From positions 42,710 through 106,709 of IMG/VR virus record IMGVR_UViG_3300031772_000004: a stretch of DNA of 64,000 nt; one strand, given 5' to 3'. Source of the stretch: a virus. Lineage: Duplodnaviria > Heunggongvirae > Uroviricota > Caudoviricetes. The translations under genes were made by a program, and so were the position numbers. Shown here in pieces: positions 20,611 to 29,945 of the stretch (positions are counted from its first letter, which is position 1; each line of letters begins with the position of its first letter). Under the pieces are notes generated by a model, which was not told where the DNA came from, did not search any database, and worked only from the letters and a program-made list of their open reading frames with translations.

Positions 20611-20904
20611 TTATTTTCCAATTTTTTCATCCATAACTCTAACATAAGAGGACTCGACTTTTAAATTTATATCTGCTTTATGCTCTGTTATAGGTTCTTT
20701 ATCAACCATCATATAGAATATCATTCCAATCTTGTGTGGAGATTTAAATTCGTCAAGTTGGTTACTAATTCCCGCTTTAGAAAAAAGAGAACCTGTAGAA
20801 TTTGTTGTATCATTTCGAATACTTTCCACTTCTTTTGTTATATTGTAAAAATATTCCACTAATTCTTCTTTTGTGCCTTCAATTATTTTTTTCTCATTAA
20901 TCAT
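20611..20904 (-). CDS. hypothetical protein
   Basis: 97-aa ORF. Confidence 0.3.
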   Translation of the reverse strand: MINEKKIIEGTKEELVEYFYNITKEVESIRNDTTNSTGSLFSKAGISNQLDEFKSPHKIGMIFYMMVDKEPITEHKADINLKVESSYVRVMDEKIGK

Positions 20905-21878
20905 ATCTTTATTTCCTTTATTTGTTTTTCTATTTCTTCTGTGTTAATTTTTGGTATATCAAATCCCATACTATCAAATGGCATTTTATGACCCACATGT
21001 TCAGCGTTAGTATGTAAACTAAAGCGTGTGGTTGGTTCAAAATTCTCAAGAGTATAATCCATGCCCTTTATAAATTCTTCACACATATGCGGTGCATTAA
21101 TATTGCCCTCATTCAATGCCCAGCGTCTGCCTTCTAAACCACATTTTTCTCTCTGTTCCTTAGGCATCAGATACCAATACATAATTGCTTCCGCGACATC
21201 TTCCCACTTACACACATCATCAAAAATATATGGTGTTGGCGGCGAACCTTGAATATAACGGGTTGAAGGCCACACCGGTTTTGCCCAAACTCCACATTTC
21301 TTATATTTTCCTACATTATTAGTTCCAAAATTATAATCAAATTCAACGGGCTTACCATCATCATCTATTTGACCAATTTGGTCTTGTAAACCGCCAGTAA
21401 CATTAACAATGACGGGAACGCCAGCCATTATAGATTCTCCGCAGGACAACCCAAATCCTTCATTGGAAGAAATATTTGCGGTAACATCGGCTAAATTATA
21501 CAAAAGATTCATTGCTTCTGGTAAAAACTTATCTTCAGTTACGACAATAGTATAATCGGGTGATAATGCTGAATGAACAACTGGCAAATCTGTGCCTGCA
21601 TCCAATATTTTTTCTGTGTGTAATACTAATGCACACTTAGACGCTTGCTCTTTTGTAAGATTATCACAGAATGCACGAAATGCTAACATTAATTGGGCCG
21701 TTCGTTTTCTGTTAATGTTTCGGCTGTTATAAAATACAACAAAATCATAACTTTTATTCCCAAACATTTTCTTTTTCATTTCAATAAGTTTTGGGTCGGT
21801 TTTATGTATTGGTTTAAAAACCTTCGGATTAATTCCGTGGGGCAAATATTGTAATAAGTGTTTTCCTTTTATTGGCAT
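20901..21878 (-). CDS. GT-B fold glycosyltransferase (GT1/GT4-like)
   Basis: SNEGFGLSCGESIMAGVPVIVNVTGG, the GT4 nucleotide-sugar-binding motif. Confidence 0.5.
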   Translation of the reverse strand: MPIKGKHLLQYLPHGINPKVFKPIHKTDPKLIEMKKKMFGNKSYDFVVFYNSRNINRKRTAQLMLAFRAFCDNLTKEQASKCALVLHTEKILDAGTDLPVVHSALSPDYTIVVTEDKFLPEAMNLLYNLADVTANISSNEGFGLSCGESIMAGVPVIVNVTGGLQDQIGQIDDDGKPVEFDYNFGTNNVGKYKKCGVWAKPVWPSTRYIQGSPPTPYIFDDVCKWEDVAEAIMYWYLMPKEQREKCGLEGRRWALNEGNINAPHMCEEFIKGMDYTLENFEPTTRFSLHTNAEHVGHKMPFDSMGFDIPKINTEEIEKQIKEIKI

Positions 21879-21889
21879 ATATAATTCCT

Positions 21890-22393
21890 TTAATCTAACG
21901 GCGCTTGTTCATTTTCAAGCTCTTCTACAAAAAACTCATTGATTGAACTTCTTTCTTCTTTTGTCAATGGAGTTTGTTTTGGAAATTTATCCAAGACATC
22001 TTTGAAATCCTTAGAAATTTCAATAAATGTGGTCTTATCTGTCTCACAAAACATTTTTTCAATTTTTATGTATAATTTATCTGGAAACTCCTTCAAATAA
22101 TAATCGAATGCTGGACAAAACCAAGCAACTAAATTTGTTTTTTCACATACATAATATGCACCAATCTTTAATCCTTCAGGATTAACCTTTGTAAAGATAG
22201 TATCATAAGCAGGAATTTCTTCGGCTGAAAATAGAAAATTTACAATTGTTATTTTTTGGTCATTAATCATTTTATCAATTATGACAGGAAATCCAAAAGG
22301 CAATGCTTCTTCTTTGACACCCATGTACATGTCATCAAAAGACCAACCTTTATTGTGTCGGTATAACTGAATTTTATGTGTGTTGTTATTCAT
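21890..22393 (-). CDS. hypothetical protein
   Basis: 167-aa ORF. Confidence 0.3.
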   Translation of the reverse strand: MNNNTHKIQLYRHNKGWSFDDMYMGVKEEALPFGFPVIIDKMINDQKITIVNFLFSAEEIPAYDTIFTKVNPEGLKIGAYYVCEKTNLVAWFCPAFDYYLKEFPDKLYIKIEKMFCETDKTTFIEISKDFKDVLDKFPKQTPLTKEERSSINEFFVEELENEQAPLD

Positions 22394-22628
22394 GAATTTT
22401 TTTAGGATAAACTTCCCATGTTTTTAGTGTTTTATCTCCTAAAATTATACTTGCTTGTATTTTATTATTGATGTCGTCTGTCTCCATAACAAGTTTTAAA
22501 TCAGGAAGCAGTCGTTCATATTTTTCTTCTTCATATACAATATTAATATCCTTTATATCTACAACTGTATTTCCACACCGTACAAACGAACCTGCTGCTG
22601 GTCCCCATTTATCTATTTTCTTTTTCAT
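22386..22628 (-). CDS. hypothetical protein
   Basis: 80-aa ORF. Confidence 0.25.
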   Translation of the reverse strand: MKKKIDKWGPAAGSFVRCGNTVVDIKDINIVYEEEKYERLLPDLKLVMETDDINNKIQASIILGDKTLKTWEVYPKKIHE

Positions 22629-23164
22629 TTTATAATCTTTCCATGCTCATCGTATTCGCCTTCAATAGTCCGACAATTTTCAGGTCGCAGAACCCATTTA
22701 TTAATATTATAAGTTTGCTTACTAATACTAAACAATGTGTCACAGCTCTCATAAAATGGCCGATTCCACATCGGATAGGGAATGTCATCCCAAATATTTA
22801 AATAAGTAATCGGTATTTTCGTTCTGATTTTTCTCTCTAAAATATATAACCAATGCCAATAACGCGGGTCGGTAAAATGTAACAAAGCATTCGGCTTTTC
22901 AATATTCATTACTGCCATCAATATATCTTCATTGCCATAACCATCCGTAGGATATAGTTTCAAATATGCATCACTTACACCGGTTTCCGCTTCAACTGCT
23001 TTTGACATATCTATAACTTTGCCTGTTTCTGGATGCTTAACACTTCCGGCAATTTGTACCCAATCATAATGATGGATTGTTCCAAATACAAGTTCCTTGC
23101 TTTGTGCTGCTATTCCAGAAAAAAAGCGTATGTCATCTGCTAGTAATAGTATTTTCTTTTTCAT
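22625..23164 (-). CDS. hypothetical protein
   Basis: 179-aa ORF. First gene after the divergent region together with 23171..23365. Confidence 0.3.
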   Translation of the reverse strand: MKKKILLLADDIRFFSGIAAQSKELVFGTIHHYDWVQIAGSVKHPETGKVIDMSKAVEAETGVSDAYLKLYPTDGYGNEDILMAVMNIEKPNALLHFTDPRYWHWLYILERKIRTKIPITYLNIWDDIPYPMWNRPFYESCDTLFSISKQTYNINKWVLRPENCRTIEGEYDEHGKIIK

Positions 23165-23170
23165 AATTTA

Positions 23171-23365
23171 TCAGTCCAATAAAAGTTTTTTTGTTTCTTG
23201 TTTTTCTTCGACTTTCTTGCTGCCAGAAATGAATTCATTAATACTTTTTTCAACAACCCAAGTCAGTTTTTGCCCAGATTGCCCACAAAAAGCTTTTAAT
23301 ATTTCATGTAAATCCAATGATATTTGAACGGATGTTTTTGGTGTTTCTTTTTTGTTATTATTCAT
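23171..23365 (-). CDS. hypothetical protein
   Basis: 64-aa ORF. First gene of the minus-strand operon. Confidence 0.25.
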   Translation of the reverse strand: MNNNKKETPKTSVQISLDLHEILKAFCGQSGQKLTWVVEKSINEFISGSKKVEEKQETKKLLLD

Positions 23366-23444
23366 TTCCTAACATATATATTAGAAAAAATTAGAAAAGA
23401 TTAGAAAAATAATATTTATAAAATTTGATTTTGTATATATTATT

Positions 23445-23747
23445 GTGAAATCTGGGTATCTGTATATAATAACCAACGAATCGTGGCCTAATTGGGTTAA
23501 AATTGGAACGACATTGGACCTAAAGAAGCGTTTACATACTTATCAAACGGGCTCTCCATTCCGAGATTACAAGATTATTTATTCAATCCATCATCCTGAT
23601 TATTTGGAAGCGGAAAAAAAGATTAAAGCTATTATGAAGCCATTTGCTTCTAAAATAAAGAACGAATGGTATTGTGTAGATTTAAATATGGCAAAGTCTA
23701 AATTAGATGAAATTCTTGAGCATTACGGAGAATATAAAGATAAATAA
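23445..23747 (+). CDS. T5orf172 (GIY-YIG-related) domain protein
   Basis: GYLYIITNESWPNWVKIGTT...EWYCV matches the T5orf172/MUG113 pattern. GTG start. Confidence 0.55.
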   Translation: MKSGYLYIITNESWPNWVKIGTTLDLKKRLHTYQTGSPFRDYKIIYSIHHPDYLEAEKKIKAIMKPFASKIKNEWYCVDLNMAKSKLDEILEHYGEYKDK

Positions 23748-23764
23748 TACTATTTATATTCAAT

Positions 23765-23965
23765 ATGAATAAAATACAATTGGCACAGCTAATTAATGAG
23801 CAAAATATAAATCCCCTTGTGACAATAGACCAAATAGTAAGCGCAATAGTAAAATATGCCGGTCAAGTCAGAGACAGGGAAAACATATCATATAAAAAAG
23901 CCCGTAGTATGGTCATTAAATGGATTGTAGAAGATTTAAAGATTGCTTCTGAGCCAACCGAGTAA
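23765..23965 (+). CDS. hypothetical protein
   Basis: 66-aa ORF. Confidence 0.3.
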   Translation: MNKIQLAQLINEQNINPLVTIDQIVSAIVKYAGQVRDRENISYKKARSMVIKWIVEDLKIASEPTE

Positions 23966-24874
23966 TTAATCTTCTTTTCCGTCGCAACGCACTTTATAGT
24001 GTGAGCAATATTTGCAATTCTTTCGATTCTTGCCAGGATTCTTATGATAAGTTTCATCAAGTTTATATGTCCCATCAAGATTAAAGCACTTATCTAAGAA
24101 ACCAACAAAATTATTTATAGTCTTACTTATAAATTTTTTGTTTTGAATAGGTATAATTCTTTGAATTCTACTTTGTGGGAATGCTACATTCTCATACAAC
24201 TTGCGTTTTAGAATGAAAAACTCAACATCTATTTTTTCAAGAGGCACATTAAATGCTTTGGAGTAAAAGGCTTTATATAGCAATAATTGTGAAAGTTTGG
24301 TTTCATCTTCACGCTCGTATTTATTCCAGCCCATCGTTGAAGTTTTAAAATCAAAAATTTTGTATATGCCTGTGGTTTTTTCTCTTAAAATCAAATCAAT
24401 ATATGCTATAAATGAAACATTATTTTTGATATCCATTTCCACGGGTATTTCAATTCCAACCAATTCATACTTTTGGCGTGGGAAGTGTTTCAATCGGTTT
24501 GTGGAATTTAAAAATGCTTTGAGAATGTCATCGCCATCATACGAAAATTCTTTGTAGTCATCCTCGGTGTAAGTTGGTTTACCATCCTGTGTCATCTTTT
24601 GAAGCTCAACATCAAACGCTTTTTTGAATATGGCATTTACATCAATGCTATCAGATACTTCAAGACCATCAGTATATAAACTTTTAAGATATGTTTGTAT
24701 TGCTTTATGTATTGCTGTTCCAAAGCAAGTATTAAGGCTGTCTTCAAATTGTCGCAGGCCTTTCGCATAATCCAAAAACCATTTGTATTCACATTTGTCC
24801 CAATTAGAATATTGAGAAAAGCTTACTCTATTTTTTCGTTTTATATCATTCATTCCAATACTTTTACCACACAA
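23966..24874 (-). CDS. Cas4/RecB-family PD-(D/E)xK nuclease with C-terminal Cys cluster
   Basis: N-terminal Cys (CEYKWF). Core IAYIDLIL...IFDFKTS (D...D/ExK). QLLLYKAFY (QxxxY). C-terminal CKYCSHYKVRC. Confidence 0.55.
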   Translation of the reverse strand: MCGKSIGMNDIKRKNRVSFSQYSNWDKCEYKWFLDYAKGLRQFEDSLNTCFGTAIHKAIQTYLKSLYTDGLEVSDSIDVNAIFKKAFDVELQKMTQDGKPTYTEDDYKEFSYDGDDILKAFLNSTNRLKHFPRQKYELVGIEIPVEMDIKNNVSFIAYIDLILREKTTGIYKIFDFKTSTMGWNKYEREDETKLSQLLLYKAFYSKAFNVPLEKIDVEFFILKRKLYENVAFPQSRIQRIIPIQNKKFISKTINNFVGFLDKCFNLDGTYKLDETYHKNPGKNRKNCKYCSHYKVRCDGKED

Positions 24875-24923
24875 CTAAGAATATATCAATTTTTTTCAAT
24901 ACAAATTTTCTATTTATATTCAT

Positions 24924-25679
24924 ATGAAAATTCCCATGAAAATTATTGCTATTATTATACTATTTTTGTTGGCATCATGCATGTTATTTGGAGCTGAACG
25001 GCTAACAAGTTTTTATATCCAAGATTACACGAATGTATTAAAAACGATTGCGGTGCAAAGTTTAGTTGCAGGAAAAACTTACAAGTTAGCTCCAGAGCAA
25101 GTAAATTTTTGGACAGAAACAAATTCAACAGGAATTATTGCTTATCCAAATAAAGCATTGGTGAAGCTGTATGAAAATACTAAATTTTCAATGCATAATT
25201 GCCTTATTGAATTTGTACCGGTTAAAACACCATCGCTATTAAAATTAACAAAGAGTAATTATACATTTTCATTAATGGATGGTATTATAGATATTCTTAA
25301 TGATAACACAGAGTCTTTAAATAGTGTGTTGGCAATTCACACCCCGCGTGTAAATTTGTTATTAAAACCGGGAATGTTTAGAATAATTGTACAGGATAAA
25401 ACGACTGTGGTTATAGTTAATAAAGGTTCGCTTTATGCATTAAATTTATACGATGATAGGAGACATGAAGTAAAGCAAAATACCATTGGTATAATAACAA
25501 CATACATACCGATAGACGGAAATGCATATTATATTAACAAAGCAGCTATAACAGAAAATATTATGCCTGAAACAGATATTGCAAAAATGGACTTAGTTTA
25601 TCAGAGCTTGACAAATGCCAATAATGGTGTATCATTTGCAGTGGTAGATGATGAAATTATTGGTATCAAGACAAAATGA
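24924..25679 (+). CDS. putative secreted lipoprotein
   Basis: Signal peptide with lipobox-like LLASC (MKIPMKIIAIIILFLLASCMLFG). Confidence 0.4.
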   Translation: MKIPMKIIAIIILFLLASCMLFGAERLTSFYIQDYTNVLKTIAVQSLVAGKTYKLAPEQVNFWTETNSTGIIAYPNKALVKLYENTKFSMHNCLIEFVPVKTPSLLKLTKSNYTFSLMDGIIDILNDNTESLNSVLAIHTPRVNLLLKPGMFRIIVQDKTTVVIVNKGSLYALNLYDDRRHEVKQNTIGIITTYIPIDGNAYYINKAAITENIMPETDIAKMDLVYQSLTNANNGVSFAVVDDEIIGIKTK

Positions 25680-25903
25680 AAAAAATAGATTTTTCAGAAT
25701 TAAAAGATGATGAAATAGAGTTGTTGCTTGGAATTGTAAATGTACTATATCCGACTCCAGAAATAGAATACACCTCTGACAACTTGCATTGGTTAAAAGA
25801 AGAAGCCTTTGTTAAAAAAATTGTGACTGCACAGGAAAGCGTTATTGAAGAGCACAAACCCATTTATATTTCGCTCAAAGAAAAACTTCAAATAAAATCT
25901 TGA
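25676..25903 (+). CDS. hypothetical protein
   Basis: 75-aa ORF, ATGA-coupled to the upstream gene. Confidence 0.3.
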   Translation: MKKIDFSELKDDEIELLLGIVNVLYPTPEIEYTSDNLHWLKEEAFVKKIVTAQESVIEEHKPIYISLKEKLQIKS

Positions 25904-25937
25904 TGTTAACTTTATTTTCGGTATAATAGGTTATACA

Positions 25938-28460
25938 ATGTATCAAAATGTATTTCATGACAAAAGAAATGAAGTTGTCCATATCTTTGATGATGTAGCT
26001 GGCCATGTTAAAATACCAACATCACAATTAAACTTTGCTTATAAAAGAAAAAGCGGTGGTAAGTATCGTTCAATCTATGGTGACGAACTTGAAAGAGTTA
26101 CCAATTTTAATCCCAGTGACCAAAGCTTATTTGAAGCAGATGTACCTATAACAACCCGAGCGTTAATTGAGGGTTATTATGATTGTGATGAAATTTCTAT
26201 TGGCCATACCGTTCTTATATTAGACATTGAAACAAATAGTGAAGGTGGTTTTCCTGATTTAGAAACCGCTGACCAAGCCATTACCGCCATTTCATTCTAT
26301 GATAAAACTACACAAAAATATTCTTGCTTTGTCATAGATGCAGAAAACAAAGTCAAAGATAGAACCGATATTGAATTGCGAACATTTTCCGACGAAGAAT
26401 CTCTATTAGAAGCATTTTTGAATGCATGGGAAAGCATAAGACCTTCAATAGTAACAGGTTGGAACTCTTCTGGCTTTGATATGGTTTATCTTTATACAAG
26501 AATTAAAAGAGTATTAGGTAATCAATGTGCAAGATTGTCACCAATAGGAATTGCGTATGTTAATCCCCATTATAAAGAATTGACTTGTGCTGGAGTTTGT
26601 ATAGCGTTAGATTATATTGATTTATACAAAAGATATAGTGGTGTTAGAAAAGCATCATATACACTTGGAAATGTTGGAAAAGAAGAAGTAAAGATAAACA
26701 AAGTCCAATATGAAGGAAATTTGAGTACTCTGTATAAACTAGACATTAATAAATTTATTGAATACAACTTAACCGATGTTGAAATTGTTGTTGAGTTAGA
26801 CAAGAAATTCAATTACATTGACCAAGCCCGTGAAATTTGTCATTTCTGTCATGTCCCTTATGAATACTATGCGGTCCCATCGCGATTCTTAGAAGGTGCG
26901 GTATTAACCTATCTCAAGAGGAATAAATTGGTTGCTTCAAATAAGCCAATTAACGGCAGAGAAGAATATGAGACTAGAATAAAAGAAAACGAAGAGGGTT
27001 TTACGGGTGCTTATGTAAAAGACCCTATTCCGGGAAAATACAATTGGGTTTATGATTTAGATATGCAATCTCTATATCCAAGTATTATTCAAAGCTTGAA
27101 TATTTCGCCGGAAACGCTTGTTGGTACAATTGAAAATTGGGATGGCAATGCGTATGTTAAAAATGAAATCAGAACGATAAAGTTAAACAAAGTAGAATTT
27201 TCCGTTGATGAATTTAAAAAGATGTTAGAAGAAAAAAATTGTTCGGTTGGTTCTAACGGGTCGGTTTATACGCTTAGTAAGCGGGGGATAATGCCTATTA
27301 TCATTGAAAAGTGGATTAAAGAACGAATTGAGACAAGAAAAGAAGCAAAGCGTGAATCAGATAGTGGTAATAAAGACAGATATGAAGTATTAAATCGAAA
27401 GCAAGTTACTCTTAAAATTTTAGCTAATTCAATATACGGCTGTTTGGGTTTGCCTATCTGGCGATGGTATAATAAGGATAATGCGGAAGCGACAACGATT
27501 ACTGGTCAAGTATTGATTCAATCCGCTGGTAAAATTGTCAATCAATATTATAGAAATATAACAAAAGATGATAAAGATTATGTCATCTATTGTGATACCG
27601 ACTCATTATTTGCTTCAGTATTACCCATTATAGATTTATTAAGACCCCATATTAATAAAGCTGACACAACGGAAATGATAAAAGCTACATCAGAAATTGC
27701 GGGGGATGTCCAAAATTATATTAATGGGATATTAAATGTACTCTCAAAGAAAATGTTTAATGTAACCGAGCATACATTCTTCATAAAGAAAGAAATGATT
27801 GCGGAGACGGCAATATGGCTTGCTAAAAAACGATATGTCCAATGGATTGTTAATAGGGGTGGAATTACCTGTGATGAAATGGCAGTCACGGGAATTGATA
27901 CAGTCCGGACAAGCTTTCCACCGAAATTTAGTTCATTTATGATTGGTGTTATGGAACAAATATTGAAAAATAAAACAGAACATGATATCAATGAAATGAT
28001 TTTGAATTTTGAAGAGAATTTGAATTCGCTTTCGATTTTCGATGGTGCAAAATCAACTTCGGTAAAATTTACATCCATGGACCAATTAAAAGAATATACA
28101 TCGAAAAATAGAAAACCATTTGAAATTATAAAAGGCTCTCCCGCTCAAGTTAAAGCTGCTCTATATTATAACGATTTGCTTAAACATTGGAAATTAGATA
28201 AGATGGTTGAACCGATTTATAATGGACAGAAAATAAGATACATTTATTTGAAAGACAATGAATTTGGAGTGGATAATATTGCACTTAAAGCGGATGGAAC
28301 AGACCCAAAGCAAATGTTGGATTTCTGTAACAAATATATTGACCGCCGCAAAATGTATGAAGCAGAATTAAAAAGTAAATTAAAGGATTTTTATAGTGTT
28401 CTTTCTTGGAGTTATCCAAGTTTAGAAACAAGAAAAGCAGAGGAGTTTTTTGAACTCTAA
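25938..28460 (+). CDS. 43: family B DNA polymerase, T4 gp43-like
   Basis: Exo I region LILDIETNSEGGFPD. DLDMQSLYPSIIQSLNISPETLVGT (T4: [25 protein letters not shown]). ILANSIYGCLG (motif B KxxxNSxYG). YCDTDS (motif C). 840 aa. Confidence 0.92.
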   Translation: MYQNVFHDKRNEVVHIFDDVAGHVKIPTSQLNFAYKRKSGGKYRSIYGDELERVTNFNPSDQSLFEADVPITTRALIEGYYDCDEISIGHTVLILDIETNSEGGFPDLETADQAITAISFYDKTTQKYSCFVIDAENKVKDRTDIELRTFSDEESLLEAFLNAWESIRPSIVTGWNSSGFDMVYLYTRIKRVLGNQCARLSPIGIAYVNPHYKELTCAGVCIALDYIDLYKRYSGVRKASYTLGNVGKEEVKINKVQYEGNLSTLYKLDINKFIEYNLTDVEIVVELDKKFNYIDQAREICHFCHVPYEYYAVPSRFLEGAVLTYLKRNKLVASNKPINGREEYETRIKENEEGFTGAYVKDPIPGKYNWVYDLDMQSLYPSIIQSLNISPETLVGTIENWDGNAYVKNEIRTIKLNKVEFSVDEFKKMLEEKNCSVGSNGSVYTLSKRGIMPIIIEKWIKERIETRKEAKRESDSGNKDRYEVLNRKQVTLKILANSIYGCLGLPIWRWYNKDNAEATTITGQVLIQSAGKIVNQYYRNITKDDKDYVIYCDTDSLFASVLPIIDLLRPHINKADTTEMIKATSEIAGDVQNYINGILNVLSKKMFNVTEHTFFIKKEMIAETAIWLAKKRYVQWIVNRGGITCDEMAVTGIDTVRTSFPPKFSSFMIGVMEQILKNKTEHDINEMILNFEENLNSLSIFDGAKSTSVKFTSMDQLKEYTSKNRKPFEIIKGSPAQVKAALYYNDLLKHWKLDKMVEPIYNGQKIRYIYLKDNEFGVDNIALKADGTDPKQMLDFCNKYIDRRKMYEAELKSKLKDFYSVLSWSYPSLETRKAEEFFEL

Positions 28461-28467
28461 AAAAGAC

Positions 28468-28495
28468 TTGACAAATATAAAAAAGTAAGTATAAT
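28468..28495 (+). promoter_or_regulatory. sigma70-like promoter TTGACA-16-TATAAT
   Basis: CTTGACAaatataaaaaagtaagTATAAT upstream of 28514. An SD, GGAAAAAT, precedes the ATG. Confidence 0.5.
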
Positions 28496-28513
28496 AATAA
28501 AAAGGAAAAATAT

Positions 28514-28708
28514 ATGTCAAACGAAAATAGAAAATTGGGAAATTCCAGTGCAATTAAGAAGATGGCGTTAGGTTTAAGTGAAGCAACAAGAAACGGAAAG
28601 TTTACTAGAGTTGGTAATAGCTTCTTGGATAGAATTGCAGATAGACTAGCAGCAGTTATTCGAGAGGAAGTTGCAGCGCACCCATCAGTGGGAAAGACAT
28701 TGAAATAA
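28514..28708 (+). CDS. hypothetical protein
   Basis: 64-aa ORF downstream of a TTGACA/TATAAT promoter with an SD. Confidence 0.35.
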   Translation: MSNENRKLGNSSAIKKMALGLSEATRNGKFTRVGNSFLDRIADRLAAVIREEVAAHPSVGKTLK

Positions 28709-28709
28709 T

Positions 28710-29102
28710 ATGCCTATAATAGATTCAGTTGCAGTGATGATTACACGAGATGATGATGTATCTTTATCATGCAGATTAGATACAAAGACATTTCCTTATG
28801 TGTGGGCTTTCGCTGGTGGTTCTATTGAAGCAAACGAAACTCATAGAGATGCAGCTAAACGAGAAGTTTTAGAAGAAACTGGATTAAATATTGCCATTGA
28901 GCGTTTTAATTTTATTTCTTATGCTTTTGAAGGCGGTCAACATTGTGCAGTATATAATGTCCAATTGTATAATAGAGAAGAGCCGCAACATATAGAAACA
29001 GAGAAACACACACAATGGGTGTGGGTAAACAAGAATAATGTCCACTCTTTGATTATGATGCCTGGCGTTGAAAGAATAATCAATGGTATTTACATCGAAT
29101 AA
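28710..29102 (+). CDS. Nudix hydrolase
   Basis: Nudix box GGSIEANETHRDAAKREVLEETGL (GX5EX7REUXEEXGU). Confidence 0.7.
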   Translation: MPIIDSVAVMITRDDDVSLSCRLDTKTFPYVWAFAGGSIEANETHRDAAKREVLEETGLNIAIERFNFISYAFEGGQHCAVYNVQLYNREEPQHIETEKHTQWVWVNKNNVHSLIMMPGVERIINGIYIE

Positions 29103-29104
29103 AT

Positions 29105-29908
29105 ATGATTGTCAAATCCACCGACAATTTATTGGGACTTGAGTTAATCTTTAATACTCATTATAGCAAAATAATGCCAAGATTGACTAAGTATTATCTT
29201 GGTGCTTATGAAAACAATAAATTAGTGGGGGTTTTAACTTTGGGGTGGGGTACTCGACCAATTCATACGATTAAAAAGCTATTTCCATCACTGCGGACAA
29301 AAGATTATCTGGAAATTGGCAAGATGTGTATGTTAGAGGAAATGCCTAAAAATTCTGAATCCCAATTTCTTTCTTCTGCGATAGAATGGCTAAAGAAAAA
29401 TGACCCCGCCCCAAAAATACTTTTCACTTGGGCCGATGGAATATTAGGAAAGCCTGGTTATGTATATCAAGCAGCAAATTTTCTATATGGCGGATTTATA
29501 TGGACAGACCTGTATATTACTGACAAGGGCGAAAAAGTACACCCTCGAACAAGTCAAGGTTTAACGGATAAGGGCGATAAAATTTGTGGCCACAGACCTA
29601 CAAAGTCCTATTTAATTAAAAACGGATGGAGTCATTACAAAGGAAAGCAATTTCGGTATATTTATTTTTTGTGCAATAAGATAGAAAAGAAAAAATTATT
29701 AAAAGAATCAGTAGAAATATGGGGCAATAATTATCCAAAAAATAAAGATATAGAGTGGCAAAAGCAAGATTTGACAACGGGCGACTGGGTATCAGTGCCG
29801 AAGATGTTTTATGACCCAGCAATAACTACAATGGCTAATAAGAAAGCAATGTCTAATAAAAATAAAATGGTAGGATTGAAAACCTCCAGACAATTCTTCG
29901 ACATATGA
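29105..29908 (+). CDS. hypothetical protein
   Basis: 267-aa ORF. No confident motif. Confidence 0.35.
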   Translation: MIVKSTDNLLGLELIFNTHYSKIMPRLTKYYLGAYENNKLVGVLTLGWGTRPIHTIKKLFPSLRTKDYLEIGKMCMLEEMPKNSESQFLSSAIEWLKKNDPAPKILFTWADGILGKPGYVYQAANFLYGGFIWTDLYITDKGEKVHPRTSQGLTDKGDKICGHRPTKSYLIKNGWSHYKGKQFRYIYFLCNKIEKKKLLKESVEIWGNNYPKNKDIEWQKQDLTTGDWVSVPKMFYDPAITTMANKKAMSNKNKMVGLKTSRQFFDI

Positions 29909-29910
29909 CC

Positions 29911-29939
29911 TTGACAAAGTTTTATTGATTGTGTATAAT
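29911..29939 (+). promoter_or_regulatory. sigma70-like promoter TTGACA-17-TATAAT (extended -10 TGTG), leaderless onto the ATG at 29946
   Basis: CTTGACAaagttttattgattgtgTATAATcattatATG. Confidence 0.5.
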
Positions 29940-29945
29940 CATTAT

